From IMG/VR virus record IMGVR_UViG_3300018475_000122: a DNA stretch of 20,000 nucleotides, one strand, 5' to 3'. This DNA is from an uncultured virus (IMG/VR IMGVR_UViG_3300018475_000122). Its lineage: Duplodnaviria > Heunggongvirae > Uroviricota > Caudoviricetes. A model generated the notes under the pieces. That model had not been told where the DNA came from. It saw nothing but the letters and a program-made list of their open reading frames with translations, and made no database searches. The position numbers and the translations under genes are program-made. Positions 6,250 to 15,200 of this stretch are shown here, one piece after another (the stretch's first letter is position 1; every line of letters begins with the position of its first letter).

Positions 6250-8160
6250 ATGACCTATGTGAAACCTATGGCGCTGGTGTACCAGGAATACGCCGCCACC
6301 TCGCAGTCCTCTGTGAGTGCCGAGCTCCCCGCCTGCATCATCGGCCCATGCTATAATATCGTCGACTGCGTTGAAGACGAAGTCCTCGCCCTCGCCGGTC
6401 AGTATTCGTCTTCCGGCCTCAGCGGCGCTGCTTTCCCCAGCAACGCTCCTGGTGCCCTCATTGAGAAGGAATCCGTCAAGTTCCGCCTCAAGAACGCTTT
6501 CGTGGAATACGCCGAAGGCCTTATGCTCGATGGCGTCGCTGCTGGCAGTACTGCCAAGGTGGTCGAAGGCCTCCTGCCCTCCGGTGTCGAGATCGGCGAT
6601 TACGCCGTGTTCTTCGCCGAAGGCTCTGCCGAACCCCTTTCCGACAAGGAATACCGCGTCATCGGCGTCAATGAAGCCGAAAGCACCGTCGTGCTCAATC
6701 GCTCCATCCCTGCTGGTGCCCAGTTCATGAACATCCGCCGCAAGGTCGAAGAAATGTTCGTGGAAGCGGACTCTCAGTTCGTCTCTCTCGATGTTTCTTC
6801 CGAAAAGTTCGACCTTCTCGGCGTCACCTGTGACGTGAACGGCAAGGCCTGCCCTGTCGTTTCCGCCGAGCTGTACGTGGGCTACCGCTCCCTGCGTCAG
6901 GACCTGTCCAGCGTTGGCACCCTGTACAGCGTGGACGAAGTGGAAGGCACCCTTGGCAAGATCGTGCCCGAAAACCCTCTGGCTTTCGGCATGAACATCG
7001 CTCTGGCCAACTCTAGCAACGTGGGCATCAAGTACATCGGCGTGGATTCCGATGACCTCGTCGGCTACACCGCCGCCAAGGACCGCCTTGAAAACGAAGA
7101 CGTGGTGTACGGCCTTGCTCCCCTTACTACCGAGGTGGCCGTTCTCAGCATGTTCAAGCAGCACTGCATCGCCATGAGCCAGCCCGAAGTCGGCATGTGG
7201 CGCATCTGCGTGGGCTGCGGCGAACTGCAGACCAAGACCACTGTTTCCGAAGGCTTCGGCAAGGTCTCTGCCGATGGCGACGGCGACCTGTGCGTGTTCA
7301 CCGCCACCAGCGACGAAGTGACCTTCATGTCCTCTTCCGTCGATGCTGGCGACGTGCTCGTGCTTACCGATGCCGAAGGCGCCCAGCACAAGTACGTGGT
7401 GGCCAGCGTGGTGGCTGAAGACATCCTTACTGTCACCCAGAATTCCGCCTTCGATCCTGCCCTGTTCAACGCCGAAGGCGAGTACGCCTTTACCGTGGAA
7501 CACGAAATGGACAAGACCGATCAGGCCGAAGCCATTGCCGGTGTTTCCGAATCCTACGGTTCCAGCCGCTACATCAATGTCTGGCCCGATGTCTGTGTTG
7601 TCGAAGGCCGCGAGCTCCCCGGCTACTATCTGGCCTGCGCCGTCGTTGCCGGCTGTGCCAGCCTTGCCCCGCACTACGGCTTCACCCGCCTGTCCATGGC
7701 CGGCATCTCTGGTCTGAAGCACTCCAACGACTACTTCAACCAGGAACAGCTCGATACCATCGCCTCCGGCGGTACCTTCATCTTCGTGCAGAACTCCGAA
7801 GGTGCGGCTCCCTACGTTCGTCACCAGCTGACCACCGACCGCTCCACCATCGAGTTCCAGGAACTCTCCTTCGTCAAGAACTTCGACTACGTGTGCTACA
7901 TCCTGCGCGACGTGCTCGACCAGTTCATCGGCAAGTGGAACATCACCCCCAGCACTCTGGCCGCTATCCACACTTCCGTCTCCGCTGTGTTCGAAACCCT
8001 CATGCTTCAGACGCAGCCTAAGATCGGCGCTCCTGTTCTCGGCTTCACCATCACCGAGATCAAGCAGCTGGAAAACACTCGTGACCGTGTCGAAGTCTAC
8101 TGCGAGGTCGATTTCCCCTACCCCCTCAACCATGTCGGCATGCACGTCGTGAGCCGCTAG
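6250..8160 (+). CDS. Contractile tail sheath protein (636 aa)
   Basis: N-terminal YVKPMALVYQEY arm. C-terminal sheath domain HQLTTD...QELSFVKNFDYV...FIGKWNIT...DRVEVYCEVDFPYPLNHV. Size and position before the tube gene. Confidence 0.9.
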   Translation: MTYVKPMALVYQEYAATSQSSVSAELPACIIGPCYNIVDCVEDEVLALAGQYSSSGLSGAAFPSNAPGALIEKESVKFRLKNAFVEYAEGLMLDGVAAGSTAKVVEGLLPSGVEIGDYAVFFAEGSAEPLSDKEYRVIGVNEAESTVVLNRSIPAGAQFMNIRRKVEEMFVEADSQFVSLDVSSEKFDLLGVTCDVNGKACPVVSAELYVGYRSLRQDLSSVGTLYSVDEVEGTLGKIVPENPLAFGMNIALANSSNVGIKYIGVDSDDLVGYTAAKDRLENEDVVYGLAPLTTEVAVLSMFKQHCIAMSQPEVGMWRICVGCGELQTKTTVSEGFGKVSADGDGDLCVFTATSDEVTFMSSSVDAGDVLVLTDAEGAQHKYVVASVVAEDILTVTQNSAFDPALFNAEGEYAFTVEHEMDKTDQAEAIAGVSESYGSSRYINVWPDVCVVEGRELPGYYLACAVVAGCASLAPHYGFTRLSMAGISGLKHSNDYFNQEQLDTIASGGTFIFVQNSEGAAPYVRHQLTTDRSTIEFQELSFVKNFDYVCYILRDVLDQFIGKWNITPSTLAAIHTSVSAVFETLMLQTQPKIGAPVLGFTITEIKQLENTRDRVEVYCEVDFPYPLNHVGMHVVSR

Positions 8161-8172
8161 GAGGTATGAATC

Positions 8173-8898
8173 ATGGCCTTCAGTCCTATCTCGAAAGTAG
8201 AGAACATCAGCCCGGTCACCACTGTCAGCAACTGGGTCGATAAGTACAAGGAAGCCTTCGTCGAGCACCAGCACGATCTGGCGCAGATGACCCTCATCCT
8301 GCCCGATGACAGCCTCATCGTGGCCGGTCCTCCCCGCCTGTCCATGGCCGATTCCGATACGTCCTTCCACGTCATCGGCTTCGTGCAGGACCTGCAGTAC
8401 AACGATTCCAAGAACACGCAGTACCTCAAGGCCCTCGGTTCCCGCCGCCACATCCCGGCCTCTACCAACGTGCCTGTGCAGGGTTCCTGCAACCGCATGC
8501 TGTTCCTGGGCCGCAACTTCCTCAACGCCGTGTACGCTAACGCGACGTTCAACGAGAATATTACCGACCGTAACTCCAAGTTCGACGCCAACCTCGACAT
8601 GTCTGGGGCTTGGTGGGCGAATCTCGATGAAGATGTATTCCGCATCCCCTTCGGTCTCGGTGTCATCTACAACTCTCCTGCCTCCCTTGCCGGTAAGGGC
8701 AATGCGGTAAAACAGGCGATGGCCGAGTACCTCGAATGCTGCACCTTCACCACCCGCAGCGTCACCATGCAGGCTGGCCAGGCTATGATCATGGAAAGCG
8801 TGCAGTTCGTGGCCGACCGCGTGGTTCCTTGGACTCATGGCGGTAACCTTATGGTCGATTCTGCTCTGGAGCGCCCCGTGATGACCGTCATGGAGTAA
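8173..8898 (+). CDS. Tail tube protein (241 aa)
   Basis: AGGAGG SD, directly after the sheath. Tube-like motifs IGFVQDLQY...LKALGS and YLECC...MQAGQAMIMESVQFVADRV. Followed by a terminator. Confidence 0.75.
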   Translation: MAFSPISKVENISPVTTVSNWVDKYKEAFVEHQHDLAQMTLILPDDSLIVAGPPRLSMADSDTSFHVIGFVQDLQYNDSKNTQYLKALGSRRHIPASTNVPVQGSCNRMLFLGRNFLNAVYANATFNENITDRNSKFDANLDMSGAWWANLDEDVFRIPFGLGVIYNSPASLAGKGNAVKQAMAEYLECCTFTTRSVTMQAGQAMIMESVQFVADRVVPWTHGGNLMVDSALERPVMTVME

Positions 8899-8925
8899 TC
8901 CGAGAACATCGTGTAGACCTTTTTC

Positions 8926-8963
8926 AAGCCCCTTGCAGCAGCCCTGCAGGGGGCTTCTTCTTT
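8926..8963 (+). terminator. Intrinsic terminator after the tube gene
   Basis: AAGCCCCTTGCAG-CAGCC-CTGCAGGGGGCTT followed by CTTCTTT. Confidence 0.8.
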
Positions 8964-9004
8964 GCGCGTATGAAGGGCAAAGCGCCAATGGCTCAATCTT
9001 TTCT

Positions 9005-10105
9005 ATGCAGGAAATTTTTACCACAGCCCTCGTCACCGGCGTCAACACCTCCACATTCACGTGCGACATCCTTACCACTCGCGGCAAGGAACTTCGCGAC
9101 GTGCCCGTGCTCGGCGTGACCGGAGGCATGCACTCCCACGGCGTCACCTGGCTTACTGACCTTCGCAACTCTACGGTGGTGCTCGTGCACGTGGAAGGGC
9201 GCCCCTACCTGCTCTGCTCCCTTCCGGTAAAGGTAGTGCCCATGTCGGAAGAAAGGGACGAGGCCGTCTCCGCCACCAAAACAGGCGGGGCTGACGGCCT
9301 TACCTACGGCAGAACGGAAAACGGCTACTCAGGCAAGCGCCACACGGGCTTCCTGCCGGACGACAAGGTCATCGTGGCCGATGGCGGTTCCATGCTGGGC
9401 ATACTCAGCGGTGGCCTTGCCATACTCAAGGCATCCCCCCTTGCGCAGATCATCCTCGGCAAAGCCAAGGACTTCATCCATGTCATCGCCCGTGAACTAA
9501 GAATCATTACTGATTTTGGCGAAATGAAGTTCCACCACGGCTCTTCCGGCAGAACAGGCATGAGCATCATCGGCGGTGCCGTTACCGGTTCCGAAGCCAA
9601 TGCTGAATCAGGCAAGCCCACCGTCACCGTCCATCTTGGCGACGTTCCGGACGCGCCGGATAAGCGCATCGTCATCATGGCCGAAAGCGTAGATGGCGAA
9701 GACTACGGCATCATCGGCTACGGTGTGGACGGCAATCTGGAACAGGCCACTTCCAAGGACCATCTCACCTCTGTGGGGCGCAACAAGGAAGTGCGCGTGG
9801 AAGGTGGCGACTACACCGAAGTGGACGGCGAGCAGAAGCTCTCCGTAGGCGGCAGTCAGGAAACAGAAATAGCCGGAAGCCGCTCCGTTTCCGTGGCAGG
9901 CAAAGTAACGGAAACCTACGGCGGCAATCACCAGTCCTCCACGGGCGGCAATGCCACACACTCGTCCGACGGCAGCTACAATATCAACGCCTCCGGCGCG
10001 GTGAACATCTGCGGCTCCAGCATCAACTTCAGCGCCACCAACGGTTCGGCATCTGGTGCCCCCTGCACCATGACGGTGGCCTCCCTCAACATCGTAAAGG
10101 CGTAG
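9005..10105 (+). CDS. Baseplate central spike, gp5/gpV/VgrG-like (366 aa)
   Basis: N-terminal OB-fold-like region (ALVTGVNTSTFTCDI...VVLVHVEGRPYLL). C-terminal 8-residue VxGxxxxx repeats (VGRNKEVR VEGGDYTE VDGEQKLS VGGSQETE IAGSRSVS VAGKVTET) typical of the gp5 triple beta-helix. A PAAR gene is nearby. The track's start at 8933 is inside the terminator, so ATG 9005 is preferred. Confidence 0.85.
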   Translation: MQEIFTTALVTGVNTSTFTCDILTTRGKELRDVPVLGVTGGMHSHGVTWLTDLRNSTVVLVHVEGRPYLLCSLPVKVVPMSEERDEAVSATKTGGADGLTYGRTENGYSGKRHTGFLPDDKVIVADGGSMLGILSGGLAILKASPLAQIILGKAKDFIHVIARELRIITDFGEMKFHHGSSGRTGMSIIGGAVTGSEANAESGKPTVTVHLGDVPDAPDKRIVIMAESVDGEDYGIIGYGVDGNLEQATSKDHLTSVGRNKEVRVEGGDYTEVDGEQKLSVGGSQETEIAGSRSVSVAGKVTETYGGNHQSSTGGNATHSSDGSYNINASGAVNICGSSINFSATNGSASGAPCTMTVASLNIVKA

Positions 10106-10107
10106 CC

Positions 10108-10965
10108 ATGGCAAAAGAAGAAGCAGTGAACGGCGTCTGCCCCGACGGCTACAAACACGTGTTCGGCAAGGTCTGCGTTTCACAGTCCACCTTGGAGAAG
10201 ACGGGCCTCGACGATGTGAAGTCCCCGGAAGTGCCGGAGTTTACCGACTTTGCCTGCGAATCGGCAGTCACCCTTCTCCAGCAGGCGGCGGAAGCTCTGG
10301 AAGCCGCGCTGGAAGTGCCGCGCAAGCTCATGCGCCTTGCCAAGAAGATACTCGGCTACCCAGCCAAGATCGTGGGCGAAGCTGTGGAAGGCGCTCTTGC
10401 CGCGCTGGACGGCATAAGCGACAGCATAGACGACCTTACCTCAGGCCCCGAAAAGCTCATGCGCGCTCTGGAACGGGCGCTGGACTGTCCTTTCATTGCC
10501 GATTCACCGCTGGGCAAATCCATAGGCGGTATGCTCGACACGCTGGGCATGGGCTCCAACCTTGCCGATGAACAGATAAACACCATGAAAAGCGCGGTGA
10601 GCTCAACGGCAAGTGAAATGGTCAACAGCGCCATGGCGTCCCCGCTGGGTTCCATCAGCAACCTGAACAAGCAGTACAAGTCCATGATCAAATCCATGGG
10701 CGTGGAAGAACTGCTTACCACGCTGTACGACCTTGAACAGTGCGTGGAAGACCTGTGCAAGGCGTACCGCCAGTCCGAAAAGTTCATCGAACGTCTGCCC
10801 AAGTCGGGCGATGACGTCGTCAAGGAACTCGGCGCCACCTACGACAAGGAAAAAAAGAAGCTCACCACGTCCCTTACCGATGCTGCCGACGCTACCCAGC
10901 AGGAAGCCGCCAAGGCTGGCAACCAGCTTACCGAGCTCAGTCAGAGCTTGAAGAAGGCTAACTAG
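10108..10965 (+). CDS. Hypothetical helical protein (285 aa) between spike and PAAR
   Basis: Tightly coupled to both neighbours by TAGCCATG junctions. Amphipathic helical pattern with several Cys. No family recognised. Confidence 0.8.
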   Translation: MAKEEAVNGVCPDGYKHVFGKVCVSQSTLEKTGLDDVKSPEVPEFTDFACESAVTLLQQAAEALEAALEVPRKLMRLAKKILGYPAKIVGEAVEGALAALDGISDSIDDLTSGPEKLMRALERALDCPFIADSPLGKSIGGMLDTLGMGSNLADEQINTMKSAVSSTASEMVNSAMASPLGSISNLNKQYKSMIKSMGVEELLTTLYDLEQCVEDLCKAYRQSEKFIERLPKSGDDVVKELGATYDKEKKKLTTSLTDAADATQQEAAKAGNQLTELSQSLKKAN

Positions 10966-10967
10966 CC

Positions 10968-11261
10968 ATGCCAGCACCAGTAGCACGCATAGGCGATACG
11001 TTCGAGGGGCGGTGCTCAGCCTGCGATGGGCACCGCGTTACCGGCACCTTGGAAACAGGCGAGTTCGTCACCATCGAGGGCCGCAACATCTGCGTTACCG
11101 GCAGCATAGGCAGGGGCTCCTGCGGGCACACCTGCGTCGTTCAGGGGCAGTCAGCCGTGTGGAGCATCGAAGGAAAGCCCGTGGCCCGCGTTGGGGACCC
11201 GGTAACCGGCACTATTACAGGTACCATCACGTCAGGCTGTGATTTCGTAGAAACCGACTAG
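10968..11261 (+). CDS. PAAR-repeat spike tip protein (T4 gp5.4-like, 97 aa)
   Basis: PVARIGD and GKPVARVGD motifs, with Cys/His candidate metal ligands (CSACDGH, CGH). Confidence 0.92.
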   Translation: MPAPVARIGDTFEGRCSACDGHRVTGTLETGEFVTIEGRNICVTGSIGRGSCGHTCVVQGQSAVWSIEGKPVARVGDPVTGTITGTITSGCDFVETD

Positions 11262-11272
11262 GAGGAAGAAAC

Positions 11273-11872
11273 ATGGATATCCGCTCTGCAAAGCGCCCGG
11301 AAAAGGGCACCAGAAAGCCCGCCGCCGTGGCTGAGGAGCCTGTGCTCAACACCACGCAGCCCATGGAAAACAGCGGCGAGACCAAGCTGGAAGAAGCCAT
11401 CAAGAAGTACGGCGACGTAACCATAGCGTCCTACATGAAGGACCTTGCCGATAACGGCATCACGGAAAATGACATCCTCGAACTTCTCGACACGCTCATC
11501 ACTTCCGGCTCTGCCGCGTACGAAACGGAACTGTTCGGGCGCATCCCCGTGCGTTTTCAGGTGCGTCCCACCTGGGTGAACGACCATATCCTCAAGCTCG
11601 TGGATCAGGCAACGCAGGGCGAAGCGCAGGTTTCCCTCATGCGTTTCAACACCATGGTGGCAACGTACAACCTTGCCGCCTCCCTCGTGCAGTTCGGCAA
11701 GGAAACTTACAGCGTCACCAAGGAAAAGGACTTCGAAAAGGCCGTTACCCGCGTAAAGGAAATGCCCTACATCACGCAGAACGCGCTGGTGAACGCCCTT
11801 TCGCTTTTCGATAAGGCCCTTGCCGTGGCCACCTCGGACTGGGCAGTGAAAAATTTTACCAAACCCCGGTAG
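11273..11872 (+). CDS. Tail assembly chaperone (G-type, 199 aa)
   Basis: AGGAGG SD, position before the tape measure, and a terminal ...VKNF at a slippery heptamer. Confidence 0.8.
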   Translation: MDIRSAKRPEKGTRKPAAVAEEPVLNTTQPMENSGETKLEEAIKKYGDVTIASYMKDLADNGITENDILELLDTLITSGSAAYETELFGRIPVRFQVRPTWVNDHILKLVDQATQGEAQVSLMRFNTMVATYNLAASLVQFGKETYSVTKEKDFEKAVTRVKEMPYITQNALVNALSLFDKALAVATSDWAVKNFTKPR

Positions 11873-11908
11873 GGCGCCTGCGGGCGGAAACGCTCGCCGC
11901 AGCCGGGG
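11851..11908 (+). other. -1 programmed ribosomal frameshift signal (A AAT TTT plus stem-loop)
   Basis: In-phase X XXY YYZ heptamer at 11851-11857, a 6-nt spacer, then a CCCCGG...CCGGGG stem enclosing a GCG-GAAA-CGC hairpin. The -1 frame is open to 12291. Confidence 0.85.
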
Positions 11909-12291
11909 AGCATTTTGAAATCGGCACTGTGGAATGCAGGCTCATGCTCGTGCACAGCACGTCCAAAAGCCTGTTCACCGCCGCCGTATTCAGCTGGATA
12001 GGCGACAGGCTCCTTGAAAACACCGTAAGCCGCATGAGCAGCAACGAAGGGGAACGCCGCAAGTTCCTCGATGCTCAGTTTGCCCGCAAGCGCAGCATCT
12101 TCGACCTTGTGGACCCCTACGCCGCGCTCAGCACAGCCAAGGAAGAAGAAAAGCCCAAGGCTACGGATGAAGATAAGGAAAAGTACCTTGAAGCGCTGAA
12201 CAACCCTGCGGGCTTCAAGTCGCTGGCAGACATCAAGGCCGCCATTTTCAGGCTGAACGAAACCATTGAAACGCTGAGAGAACAAGAATGA
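11857..12291 (+). CDS. Frameshift extension (T portion) of the tail assembly chaperone; GT fusion about 339 aa
   Basis: The -1 frame reads YQTPVGRLRAETLAAAGEHFEIGTVECRLML... without a stop to TGA 12289-12291, which overlaps the tape measure ATG. Confidence 0.8.
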   Translation, partial: YQTPVGRLRAETLAAAGEHFEIGTVECRLMLVHSTSKSLFTAAVFSWIGDRLLENTVSRMSSNEGERRKFLDAQFARKRSIFDLVDPYAALSTAKEEEKPKATDEDKEKYLEALNNPAGFKSLADIKAAIFRLNETIETLREQE

Positions 12292-15200
12292 TAACTTCTG
12301 AGCAGCAGCCGCTTTTCACGCAGAACGACCCACTCGCCATCCAGTTCCTTTCGCGGGGTGGCATGGGGTACATGCCGCAGGCGCAGTTCCTTACTCCGTC
12401 TGAATACGGTGCGTTCCGAACCGTGCCTGCCGCCAGAACGAACGACTTTCTCAATCAGGACCCCGGCATCCTGCAGAGCTACCTCATCCGCAGCCGGGGC
12501 AGCCTGTTTGGCCTGCCTGAGTACACGTTCAACACGTACAATCCTGTGGCCAACCAGCAGCTCTACATGAGCCAGATACGCCGCAGTTCTTACGACCAGC
12601 TTGCCGCCATGGGTGCTTCCGGCACGTCCATCGCCGCAAGCATGGCTCTTACTGCGCCCTTCGGCCTTCTTCCAGGCCTTGCCATGGGTATGCTCATGCC
12701 CGACCTTGCGGCACCCTTCGTCAATCGTGTGCGCGATACCCGCGCCATGCAGAACGCCACCATGTCGCGCATCGTGGGCGGCCCGCAGATGAACGCCGTC
12801 ACAGGCATGGGCTTCAACGCCGCCGCCGCGCACGACATAGGCCGCGGCATGCGCATCTCTGCCGCCGAAGACGTGCTCTTCAAGCAGGGCGATTACCAGA
12901 AGCTCATGCAGCTGGGTATCGAAGCAGGCATGTTCGACTATTCGAGCACGTCCGCTCAGTACAAGGATACCCTTCGTAAACTGCGCAATTCCATGACCAC
13001 CTTCATGGAAGTGGTGGGCTCTACCGACTTCAAGGACATCATGCAGGATATGAAGCGCCTTCAGACCATGGGCGCTTCCGCCAGCCAGTTCATGGGTATT
13101 GCCCGTGCCGAAAATATGTTCGCCCGCATGGCTGGCATGAACCATGCCGACATGGTGAACACCTACGGCCAGCAGGGCGCGCTCATCTACGCGCAGGCCG
13201 GGCTCAATAACTATCAGGGTTCCCTGCAGGCCATGAGCAATGCCGCGGCTGTTTCCATGGCCCAGCGCATGGGCATACTGCGTCCTTCCGAAGTGGCACG
13301 TTTCGGCGGCATCTCCGGCATGGCGCAGACCATCACTCAGCAGGATGCCGCCGCCAGCAGCAGGATCCGTGAGCTCCTGCTTTCGTACCTTGTCAACGAC
13401 AGCATGGACGGTCTTGACCCTAATGTCGATCTCATGGATCTGCTCTCCAGCCCTAATCCGTTGCAGCGTATGTCTTCTCGCGCAGGAAGGCTTGGAAATA
13501 AGGAAAACATGCTCAAATTCGAGGCTAATACGGCCCAGCTCTACGGTCAGGTCATTGATAAGTACGGACAGGACAACGTCATAGGTGCCGTAGCACATGC
13601 TATGGGGCATGCTTCCGGCATCGTCGACGATCCACGCATGGCTATGCAGTCTGGTCTGCGGATGCTCGGCTACGACCCTGAAATGGCCCGCCAGAAGAGC
13701 ACCATGATGTTCAACGAGGATTTTCAGGCCCAGCGCCAGCGCGAGGCCCGCATACACCGCCAGAAGATGTACGAAGAGCACGCCCTTGCGCAGAACCCCT
13801 TCAGGCGTTTCGGCCGCTGGATAGATACCAGCATCACCAAGGTGTTCGAAAACACCTTTGGTGAAGCCGCCCGTTCCTACACAAACTGGCAGGAAAAGCG
13901 CGACGCCGCCGAAAGCGGCATCGTGTACGCTCCTCACACAGGCGTGGAATACTCTGGTGCCGACATCGCACGACGCCTGCGTGCGGCTGGCACGCTTTAT
14001 GAAAATACCGGTACCGACGGCGTGTGGACCGGTACCGTTGCCGACCCCGAGGAATTCCGCAAGCGCATTTCTGGCGGTGTGTATGGTGAGCACGGCGGCA
14101 AGGGCATGAATGCCATCAGCTTCCGCGTAGGCAAAAACGGCGTTCCTACCACCCGTGGCAGGGACGGCGGCGGCTCGTCTTTTGGCGAACTCCAGTTCCG
14201 CACGGATAACACGGTGGCGTTCATCAGGAGCGATGCAGACCTGAAGCAGCGTTTCAAGGATGCTGGATTCGATGTGGATGCCGATGCCGCAGCTGTGGAG
14301 AACACGCGTCTGGCTATCAAATTCGGCAACTACAGCGCTGCCAGCAGGGAAGACTGGGCCGCTCTCGAACGCCTGCAAAAGGCGTGGGGCGTGGTGAACA
14401 AGAGTGAGGGCTTCGATACCAAGTACTTCACGTTCGGCAGAAACCTCACCTGGAACAACGGCTTCATGCGTACCGAAGGCAACGAAGCCTTCAAGAACAG
14501 CGAGGCTTGGCGCCGTGTGCTCTTCCCCATCGCTAACCATGCGGGTGGCGAAGGTCTGAACAAGGTCCTGACGAAAGCCACAGAAAACATGAATGTGGAA
14601 GAAATGATGGCTAGTGCAGAAGGGCGTAAGACCTTGCTGGATAGCATCTACAAGACGTTCACCAAAAAGTACGAAGGCTTTAAAAGCAGATATGAACTGG
14701 GTGGTGCACAGTACCAGTGGTCACTCGCCCAGCTGGAAAGCCTTGAGCCTGAAAATCAGCGTGAGCGCACCTACTTCCAGCGTGAGCAGGAAAAAGCAGC
14801 CAAGCGGGCAGACTATGTTGTCGGCAAGATCATAGGCAAACACGGCTACTCCGGCATGGACCTCAACTACTCCATGGGCAAGGCCCGTGCCAAGGACTAC
14901 TCCGTGGAAAGCGGTATGGACGTACTGCGTGCGTCGTTTGCCGAGTATGGCTTCAACGACAGCGACATCACGGACATCCTCAGTAATGCCGAGGTTGCTA
15001 CCGCAAAGACCTCCAAGGATGTGCGGGACGCCCTGCGCGACAGCATCGTCGAAAAAATGGGCGGAGGCATACTCGGCTCAGTACGCGCAACTGACCTGCT
15101 GAACAAAAATCCGCACCTCATGCGAGACCTCATGACGGTAAAATACGCCTCTGCATCACAGGAAGAGCGTACCGCCATGGAAAAGGCCGCCTCCGACTAC

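Noticed and set aside
1231..9004. ORF-track start sites at 1231, 4194, 4922 and 8933
   Set aside because: They fall in regulatory or terminator sequence or overlap upstream genes. ATGs at 1285, 4239, 4985 and 9005 fit better.
6220..9168. 982-aa minus-strand ORF, and similar antisense ORFs at 12117-14540, 3222-4319, 5363-6223, 15945-16832 and 17410-18372
   Set aside because: Shadow ORFs produced by the strong codon bias of the + strand genes. They fully overlap recognisable genes and have no SD or protein-like motifs.
6250..11261. T6SS, eCIS or tailocin interpretation of sheath, tube, spike and PAAR
   Set aside because: Capsid, scaffold, neck genes, a frameshifting chaperone and a tape measure are co-linear, and no T6SS membrane-complex or ClpV genes are present.
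14790..15195. K-x-A-like matches in the tape measure (EKAAK, EKAAS) as part of the head motif system
   Set aside because: There are few hits in a long Ala/Lys-rich helical protein, which is compatible with chance. They were not counted as support.
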